From assembly GCF_009914755.1 (NCBI RefSeq), contig NC_060926.1: a stretch of DNA of 64,000 nucleotides; one strand, 5' to 3'. The translations under genes were made by a program, and so were the position numbers. This document shows, in pieces, positions 55,092 through 64,000 of the stretch. Position 1 is the first letter of the stretch; each line of letters begins with the position of its first letter. A model generated the notes under the pieces. That model saw only the letters and a program-made list of their open reading frames with translations, ran no database searches and was not told where the DNA came from. This stretch comes from the human T2T-CHM13v2.0 reference genome, Homo sapiens.

Positions 55092-55384
55092 TTTTTTTAA
55101 TTATACTTTAGGTTCTGGGATACATGTGCAGAATGTGCAGGCTTGTTACATAGGTATACATGTGCCATGGTGGTTTGCTGCATCCATCAACCTGTCATCT
55201 GCATTAGGTATTACTTCTCCTAATGCTATCCCTCCCCTAACCCCCCCACCCCCTGACAGGCCCCAGTGTGTGATGTTCCCCTTCCTGTGTCCATGTGTTC
55301 TCACTGTTCAACTCCCACTTATGAGTGAGAACATGCAGTGTTTGGTTTTCTCTTCTTGTGTTAGTTTGCTGAGAATGATGGTTT
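55092..55384 (-). mobile_element. L1PA (PA7/8-like) 3' end, 5' truncated
   Basis: ttatactttaggttctgggatacatgtgcagaatgtgcagg...cccacttatgagtgagaacatgc. Confidence 0.92.
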
Positions 55385-56540
55385 TTTAAATAAATCAGAA
55401 AATTACTCTGTTCTGGTTTTTACTTTCACTTCCTCCACACAACTATGCCTGCTAAGGTCACCAATGCTGTCCAGATCAATAAGTCAGATGGTTCTATCCT
55501 GACTTGCCTGACCTTTGAATGGCTTTCAGTACAGTTTGCTACCCATTCTGTTTAGAAACTTTCTTCTTCTGACTTCTATAATACTATGTTCTCTTCATTT
55601 TCCTCATTCTTGAGTCCTAGTCATGCTTTTTTTCTTAATCAACCCTATTTTCCCCCAAATCCATCTTTATATAACCACTTTAGCTACCATCTCTTTAGCC
55701 ATAGGTAACAAATTTGCATCTCCAGCCACATCACTGTGTTTCAGCTCTAGATATGCACATCCATTTGTTTAACCAATGAATATACAACATCTTATAGGAC
55801 TTCACATGCAACATGCTCAAAACAACTGAGCTCATGATTTTTTTCCTCAAAGTTTCTTCCTCTCAACTATTTCAACCAACAAAACCACCACCTGCCTATT
55901 TTTTCATGTTAGAAACCTGGGCAATCACGGATCTTCCTCAACACTTTCCTTCTCTATTCCCCAATTTCCAATCAATCACAGAATGAAGCTGGGTTTGCTT
56001 CCTAAATATCTTAAAACTGGATCTTAAACTCATTTCTGCTGCTACCACCTTAGTCTAAAAAGACTTCCATTTCTCATTTGAGCTATTGCGATTGCTTCCT
56101 AATGCTTTGCTAACTAAACAGCCTCTCTTCCACCTACAATCCATGTTCTTCATGACAGCTGCACTGTTACCTTAAAAGACCATAACACCACCAGTAATTA
56201 AGATAACTTGGATATAATTTGATTTGTGACTAGTTGCTATTTCCCATCCTTTTCCCATTTCCAGATAGGAGTGAACTAAAGTTCTTATGCTTTGCTGGGA
56301 GATTGAGGGTAGGGGGGCAAAGAGGGGAAGGCAAGCCCCATTGAGGAAACTTCAGAAATTTCTGTCTTGGGAAATGGATGAGGAAGTTCTATTCCACCAG
56401 TGTTCTTCCAGTCCAATTTCCCTACATAGTACCAACAAAACAAGAGATCCCCAGTATTGCTACTATGATCTTGGAAATCCCAGCCACAGAGCCCAGAATC
56501 ATCCCTACCAATCTACCAATATTTAACCTGGAATGAACAG

Positions 56541-56559
56541 TTGCCACTAGGTGGCGCCA
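56541..56559 (+). promoter_or_regulatory. CTCF core motif (candidate)
   Basis: TTGCCACTAGGTGGCGCCA is a near-ideal match to TGGCCACCAGG(G/T)GGCGCTA. Confidence 0.7.
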
Positions 56560-59500
56560 GGCTGAAGCCAGCACGCAGACCCTGACTGGCAGGAATTTGG
56601 ACAGCTCTTCTGGACTCCCATAACTCACAACCTGTTGTTCTTGTAGGCTCATCCAGGTCACTTAGTTAACCTCACCATAACCAAACACTACATTTAATGG
56701 TAGTGAAAAATTCTGGACTACACCTACTGTGTTCGGAAAGAATTTTACTGTATTTTATAAACTCAAATCAGAATGTGTCACTTCCCTGTTAAAACTCTTC
56801 CATGGCTTGCTTTGCTGTTAGGATAAAATCTCATCACTTGGACCCTAAGACATAATTTTAACCTTGAATACTTATGGAAACAGGCAGTTTGCATGAACGA
56901 ATGATCCACCTGCTCATAAAACTATAGAATATGATGAGGCCTGTGGTATATGTATTTCCTGTTACAAGACATTCAAATTCAATTAAGAATGAAACAGAAC
57001 AAATTATAAATATTTTAACAAGGGAAAGAAAAACTTTGTCTAGCACTCCACTCTGGCCAATTCTTTATGCTCCCTGCCCATATGGCAGTTTTATGATAAT
57101 GTCAAGTTCCTTCTTACCTCAGCATTTTAGAACAGACCATTCCCTCTGCCTGGAATGCTTTCCTCTTCCTTTTTATTAGTTACCAATTTCTTGTCTTATA
57201 GACATTGGTCTAAAATCACTTCATCATGGAAGCCTATCCTTTTTGTACTCTTGCCCTGAATTAGATTCCATTTCGCTGTTATAGCACACTTACCCTCTTA
57301 GCCTTTGTTCAAAGTTATGATTACTTATGAAATATCTCTCTGTTCCTTTGCATTCATCCATCAAGTCACACATGCTGTAAATCTGTATTAAGCCTCTACT
57401 TTTCCAGGAACCTCCAATGTATTGTAAATTCATGGCAAGGTTCCCAGCATTGACTAGCTGGAAAGTGAATATGGAGGAAAGAGAAAAAAAGATTAGAAAA
57501 TAACTTTTGAGTGGTAAGCCTGGAAAAATGATGAGACTATAGAGAATATAGGAAAATCAGGATGGAAGCAGGTTTCAGGACAGAAGGAAATATCTTTTTA
57601 TTTTCAAATTGTGAGGAGACATTCAAAGTTTGTTGAATGTATAAGAGGCTGAGAAGCCATTTGCAAATTGTCTATAGAAGTGTGAGTATGAAGCTGTGAG
57701 ACTACTTAGTGACTACAATCTCGAAGGCATGGAAAAGAATTTTTTAAAAAAGAAAGGATTGGCATATTTGAAGGGCAGTCTGGAAAAGTTAGCTCAAAAA
57801 TGGAAATTTTCTTCTATATTTTGTATGAAATACAAGTTGGTTTTTTAAGCTTACTTTTAAAGGAAGTAGGTATATTTAGCTTCAGTAAACAAGGAAGGTT
57901 AGATGAAGTCCCTGATGTGCATCATTCCACTAGCAAGAGAATGGTGTAACACTTCTAAGGTGAAAAAAATGTAGCAAGGTTTAGTTCTTGGCTGAGCAAT
58001 ATTGTTCTGTAATTGTACAAGTTGGAGACTTAATTAGCCAATTAAATCCTGCTTCTCCATCCTTCCTCTTTCTAAATATACATTTTGAGCTCTCTTCTGA
58101 TGTTGAAAAAACTCTCCTGTCTTTGAAACAAGTCCTGAAAATATTATTCAGTAGAAACCCATCTGCACAGTGATTGAGTCACAACAAATCCAGATTCCTG
58201 GAATCTGTGAGAAAGGCTTGTGCTCATCACGCCATCTCTCCCTTTTCATAGTTCTACGTTGAGGTCGTCCTGAGTTTGTTTTTAAGGTATTTTCTGCGCT
58301 GCTACACACTGTCATTTCACGTGAGGGCAGCAGAGAGGCAGCGTAGAAGCCCCTGAATAGCAAATCAGAAGAGCCCGAAGCTCAAATTTTGGGCGTAGTG
58401 TTTTCAGAACACCTCTTCAAAAATTAAATCACACGTTGTTTGTATCTCCTTAAACAATCCTAGTCTATTGATTTGCCTACTCTGTTCTTTTAAAAAAAGA
58501 ATCAGACCTGTATCTAAAAATAGGTAAGAACATGTGAATACAGACTTTTGCAAGAGTTGTATCTGGTTTGCCCAGAATACGTTTTCTAATTTTTCTTCGG
58601 TCGTTACAATTTGACAACAGATTTGTTTAGTAATCACGTTATTATATTGTCCTATATACTTAAGAATTATTGTTTTGAGCGTAGTCCAAGCCCTGATGCC
58701 ATTTTGAAACATACGGAAGCACATTTTGATTAAATGCAGTTTGAATAAAACACTGATGAAATAACAATAGCTTTTGTATCATATTTGTGAACGGTCTTTG
58801 GCTGTATCCTAGGTGGCAATAAAAAGGTAGTGAGTCAATTTGGATATTGTGAAAAAATTATTACTATTGAATTACAGCATAGAAAGTAACATATTCCCTA
58901 GGCTTCAGGCTCCCTGTCACTTAGCACTGCCTTTGTTCTCTCTGCCCAGAATGTTATTTTCCCTACCATCATCCCAGGCCACTTTCCAGCCACGCCCATC
59001 CTTTTGCAAGACTGACTTCTGTGGGTACTGCAGGTCTCAGGGTACAGGTGCCATCTCTGGGCAGCCTTCTCCACTGCTTCTCGATTTTCTTGGCCATTCT
59101 GTGCTTCTCCTGTTTACTCCTATGGTCCTCTGTAGGCTCCTATGGGAACTATGTCTTGTTCCTAATTTTGTCTCTAGTACTTAGTACTATGTGCTTAGTA
59201 GAAGCCCGTTAAAAAACAAACAATAAATACTTAGAATCTTTATCAAGATGGTGGGAGTGGGGAATAGGAGGAGCAGAGAACTATTCAAACTGTGAAAAAG
59301 AGGTTAAAAGAGGATTTGCCACCCTGCCTATTTTAGCGTAGGGGTAGGAGTTTAACATTTGAGGCAATAGCAAAGATGATGGACATCAGTGCTTCTCAGC
59401 AAACATTTGACAATCTCAGGTAAGACCAGATAGATCTTAGGTCTATAGCTAGTCAGCTAGTCAGTCATATGACTCAATACTGGTGACAGCTAGGGGCTTA

Positions 59501-60737
59501 AAGGAAATAAAAACACGTTTGTGAAAATGCTTTGTGTAGGGCTAAGCACAGAGAGGAGTGAGCATCGAATGTCTGCTGAAAAACAAAAGAAGCTTAGACT
59601 TTATCGTGATCTTAGCAAAATTCTTTTCCTATAGCTTTCTGGTCGTTAAGGTGACTCCCTCAAGGGCATCAGTCTGCACTGGAAATCATTGCAGTGTGGT
59701 AGAGAGAGGGAGAGGGAGCTCTTTATAGAGAGGACTCAGCTCGCCTTCGCCTTCTTAGCATCTTGTTGCTAGGCAATAGCTCCTCTGGTGGAAGCTCATC
59801 TCCATTTTTAAAGATGGAGTGAAGTCTTGCCGAGGGAAATGCAGTTTGTACAAACTGGGCCATGTGCAAACAGTATTTTGCTCTAGTCCTGAAAACTGCT
59901 TTTCCCTATAAGGGAGACAAATCAGTCCTACTTAAATCCTGTCACTTAACAACCAGATAATATAACTCCTCTCTTTCTCTCTCTTTTCTGTAAAGCATAG
60001 ACTTCCTTTTTAATCTTATTGATTTATTTTTACCTTTCCAACTATATGTCTTTCCAAATTGATTTAATGAGATTCAGCAGGGCATTGCTTGTAATAGTAT
60101 TTCCCTAGACTGCTGAATTAATTTCCATTTAAAAAATTACTTTGGATCTGCAGCTCTGTCCGGCACCTAGCGTATTGCTCTTACTGCATTTTACATAATG
60201 ATAAAATATAATGAGTGGTCAGTAAGAAGGGCCAATATTTAATGAATATAGTTTTTTTTAAACAAAGTGTAGATAGGTCATACTGTTTGTATATATCTGA
60301 AAAACCTATACATAATTTGCTAGACTCTAAGCTTTCAAAAACCAATATAGAATAATTATCTTTCTCAGAACTGCAAAATGTCCTTTAGACACTAAGAGCT
60401 TTGTGTATTTAATCTTTTAACCTTTTAAATTGTTGGTCAATTTAGACAGCAAAATTGGCAATTCACTTTTATTTTCTCATCTTGTAATAATGTCACAGAT
60501 TTTTGGAAGCTAGTGACTAAATTCATATAGCCATGTTGTATCAGTCTCTTTTTAATTCTGAAAGTCTTGAATGTATAAATAACTTGAGAAATGTACAGAT
60601 ACCTTACTATGGAGTTTAAAAATTCTGTTCTAATTATTATTGTATGATTTACATAGTAGATCCCTGAATTTATAACAATGTGTTTTTTTTTTTTTTCAAA
60701 TTTAATTCTGGAGAAGGTCTGACACATGATTGCCACT

Positions 60738-61149
60738 TCTATTAGTCCATGTTGTGTTGCTGTAAAGGAATATCTGAGGCTGAGTAACTTATAAATCAAA
60801 GAGCTTTATTTTGGCTCATGGTTCTTCAGACTGTACAAGAAGCATGGCACCAGCATCTGCTTCTGATAAGGTCTCAGGAAGCTTCCAGTCATGGTGGAAG
60901 GCGAAGTGGAGCAGGCATGTCACATGGCAAGAGAGGGAGCAAGAGAGAGAGAAGAGGAGTGCCACACTTTTAAATGGCCAGCTCTTGTGTGAAGTAATAG
61001 AGGAGAACTCACTCATTAATGTGGGCAGGGCACCACACCATTTATGAGGGTTCCACCCCCAGGATCGAAACACCTCCCACTAGGCCTCACCTCCAACATT
61101 GGAGATTACATTTCAACATGAGATTTAGAGGGGACAAATATCCAAAATA
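60738..61149 (-). mobile_element. MSTB-like LTR (MaLR)
   Basis: tttatttggctcatggttct...agcatggcaccagcatctgcttctg...acctcccactaggcc...gggacaaatatccaaa. Confidence 0.88.
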
Positions 61150-61492
61150 GGCCAGGTGCAGTGGCTCACGCCTATAGTCCCAGCAGTTTGGGAGACTGAG
61201 GTGAAAATATCACTTGAGCCCAGGAGGATCACGTAGTGAGCCAAGATCATGCCACTGCACTCCAGCCTGGGCGACAGAGCGAGACTCTGTCGCCAAAAAA
61301 AAAAAAAAAAAAAAAAAAAAAATTAACCAGGTGTGGTGGCGGGTGCCTGTAGTCCCAGTTACATGGGAGGCCCAGGCAGGAGAATGGCGTGAACCTGGGA
61401 GGCGGAGCTTGTAGTGAACTGAGATCTCGCCACTGCACTCCAGCCTGGGCAACAGAGGGAGACTCCATCTCAAAAAAAAAAAAAAAAAAAAA
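61150..61492 (+). mobile_element. Chimeric Alu (hybrid monomer, long A run, AluY-type right arm, A tail)
   Basis: Both halves end in the right-arm sequence gccactgcactccagcctgggc..cagag..agactc followed by poly(A). Confidence 0.85.
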
Positions 61493-61565
61493 GAAGTCCA
61501 CAAACTTTGGATCTTGAGTGGGTTTAATGAGGTTGAAAGAATTTCCTGACACACTTAAGTTTTAA

Positions 61566-61665
61566 CCTTCCTTCCTTCCCTTCCTGCCCTCCCTCCCTCC
61601 CTCCCTCCTTTCTTTCTTTCTTTCTCTCTCTCTCTCTTTCTTTCTCTCTCTCTCGTTCTTTCTTC
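61566..61665. repeat. (CCTT)/(CCCT)/(CTTT)/(CT) compound polypyrimidine repeat
   Basis: About 100 nt of almost pure C/T. Confidence 0.9.
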
Positions 61666-62364
61666 TGTCATTCAACTTACATTTGTGGATTTCCATCTCT
61701 ATTAGTTAGCCCATTTTGATAGTGATAGAATTCTAACTTGAACCAGCTTAAGCAAAAAAGGAATTGTTCATGGTAGAGCTGAACACCCCAAACCAGGGTC
61801 TGGAAAGCCAGCAGCACACTTTGTCTTACACTCTCATTTGTACTTCTCTCATTATGCTTCATCCTCTTAAACTATCTTTATCTCTGTGTCCGTACCCAGA
61901 ACTTCTAGCAGCTTCCTGGATCATATCTTCCTAGTTAAAAAGAAAGGAAGGACTTCTAATTTACCAATATTTATATTACAGAAAAGGACCCAGAAGGTAA
62001 TCTTGAGTCACATACCTACTGAAATACTAAATCCTGTGGCCATGAAAGCAGAGAAAGGAAAGAAATGGCAGTTTCACATGTTCAAAAGGGAAGAGCAGTG
62101 GAACAAGAATGGCAGTGGTATTGACTGCAAGGAGTACTAAGCAGATAAAACTAAAAATAACTGCTACCTCATCATTTGCAAAGTACTTTAAGAAAAATGA
62201 CAAGTTAGATGTAGTCCCTGTCCATAAAGGAACACACTTTCTGAAAAGGACAACAGATTTATAAATGAGTACCTTTAATACAATGTTACTCATGCAATAA
62301 TAAAAGTTGCACATGATTCTCTGGGATCTTAGGGAAGGGCAAACCATCTTTGTTAGGAAAATGA

Positions 62365-63015
62365 TGAATTAGTCAGTGTTCCCTGTGTATGTGTGTGTAT
62401 CACATATATATAATATATATGTATATTTTAACATATATATGTGTATTCATATATATTTCATATATATATAAGGGGAGTTTATTAGGAAGAATTGGCTCAC
62501 ATGATTGTAAAGCAGAGTAACCTCAATAGGCCCTCTGAAAGCTGGGGAAAGAGAGAAGCTGGTAGAGTGGCTCAATCCAAGTCTAAAAGCCTCAAAACCA
62601 GGGAAGCTGTCAGTGTAGCCCTCAGTCTGAGGTTGAAGACCCTTGAGCCCCTGGAAGGTTGCTGGTGCAAGCCCCAGAGTCCAAAGGCCCTAAAACATGT
62701 AGTCTGATATCCAAGGGCAGCAGGAGAGGAAGCCAAGAGTTCTGCCCAGCTGCCCAGCATGGGAAGAGAGAGGGAGCAGACTCAGCAAGCAAGCTACGTA
62801 TCCCCCTTCTTCCACGTGTTTTGTTCTAGCTGTACTGGCAGCCAACTGGATGGTGCCCATCCACATTGAGGGTGGGTCTTTCTGTTCCAGCCCACTGACT
62901 CAAATGATAATCTCCTCTGTCAACACCCTTGCAGACACACCCAGAAACAATGCTTCATCAACCAGCTAGGCATTCCTTGATCTAGTCAAGTTGACACCTA
63001 ATATGACCCATCACA
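62365..63015 (-). mobile_element. MLT2A2-like LTR (ERVL) with an internal (TA)n tract
   Basis: ggggagtttattag...aagcctcaaaaccagggaagc...agcccactgactcaaatg...agtcaagttgacaccta...catcaCA. Confidence 0.85.
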
Positions 63016-64000
63016 CACGGAGATGAGAAGTGACAGGAATGTATATAATGGGATATGGGGATGGTGTTGTCAATAACGTGTTTGCTTTGATAGTTATGTT
63101 TACAATGAATCTTCAATAATATGTAGGATTATGCGAGGTCAACAAATGAAGCAGTTCATTTGGGCAAATGGGACGGCAAAGACAAAAATAACGTGGTTTA
63201 TGAAATGTTAGAGGTTTAACATAGGTCAAGTGAACGGTAAATGCTGGGACTTGCCAGGAGACAGCTGCAAAGATAACCAGGAGCCATATCATGAGGGCTC
63301 TTTGGCCATGATAAAGAGTTTCAAGGAGTCTTGGGAGATTTTAAGTTGTATGTAAAAAATCTGGCTGAGCATTTGTGTTGGTAAGTAAACATTATTGTGG
63401 AGTAATATTTAAAATGAAAATGGGAAATGCATGGGATTCTCTGGCGTTACTTGCATTTTATACCTGCCTGGGGAATCACCTGAAAGTAGTAACCCCAAGA
63501 TCTAAACGCTCTAAGAATTAATGGCTTAAAGTAGTGCTTTCAATCTTTTCCAGATGCTGTGCACATAACAAATAATATTTACACAGCAAGCAGAGACTGC
63601 CTGAGGAGGATATTTGTTGCCAGATGTGCCCAGCACAGGAGTCCTGGCCACTCTAGGTCTCATCTATTTGCCATGAGGGCTGAAGAATATATCCTGTCTC
63701 CTCAGGCTATAACCATTTGCTGCACACTAGTTGAGAAATTGTAGTTTAGAGAACTGAATTAGAGTGGGGACATGATATGTCTTTCCACAGAATAGGAATC
63801 ACTTGTTTTGACAGGTAGTACCAACAATGCTAACGTTTTTAATGGCAGTGAATGACCCCTAAAAGATCTTTCAAGATTTCACATTATGTTCCTCTCAAAA
63901 ACTAGAGAATTTTTATTTAAAAAAATACTTCTTCCACTGGAATGAAATGTGTTTTAAAATGTATGTCTTATTGTTACTCAAGTGTGGTGAGGCCAACACA

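Larger units (their letters stand above)
54790..57350 (+). mobile_element. L2 LINE fragments (interrupted)
   Basis: ctaaggtcaccaat, tctccagcc, caacatgctcaaa..ctgagctc, ttaaaactcttccatggct, ccctctgcctggaatgctttc. Confidence 0.6.

Noticed and set aside
59337-59419. Possible + strand exon (ttttAG ... CAG|GTAAGA)
   Set aside because: 83 nt, not frame-preserving, with a weak acceptor; such pseudo-exons are very common.

Overview
This is primate (most likely human) non-coding genomic DNA, either intergenic or deep intronic, and it is packed with interspersed repeats. These include about 14 Alus; fragments of L1, L2, L3/CR1 and MIR; about 20 ERV/MaLR LTRs (including solo HERV-W LTR17, MER41A, LTR8, an LTR15-like LTR and an ERV9 LTR12C nested in MER50); and DNA transposons (MADE1, MER94, MER5A, MER1B, MER3). 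I recognise no conventional protein-coding gene, RNA gene or CRISPR array. Almost all ORFs in the track are repeat-derived or chance. Repeat family names come from my memory of consensus sequences and need RepeatMasker/Dfam confirmation. Most notable points: (1) a clean 162-nt frame-preserving minus-strand exon candidate with a strong-Kozak ATG and a hydrophobic stretch (27508-27669); (2) a 27-bp-arm hairpin resembling a pre-miRNA at a truncated LTR end (23662-23727); (3) an LTR12C that appears to have lost its GATA/TATA core promoter but kept its NF-Y array; (4) two strong CTCF motifs; (5) a candidate RFX/TATA promoter and other motif clusters in unique sequence; (6) several structurally odd Alus. 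I cannot support a wholly new biological system from sequence alone.
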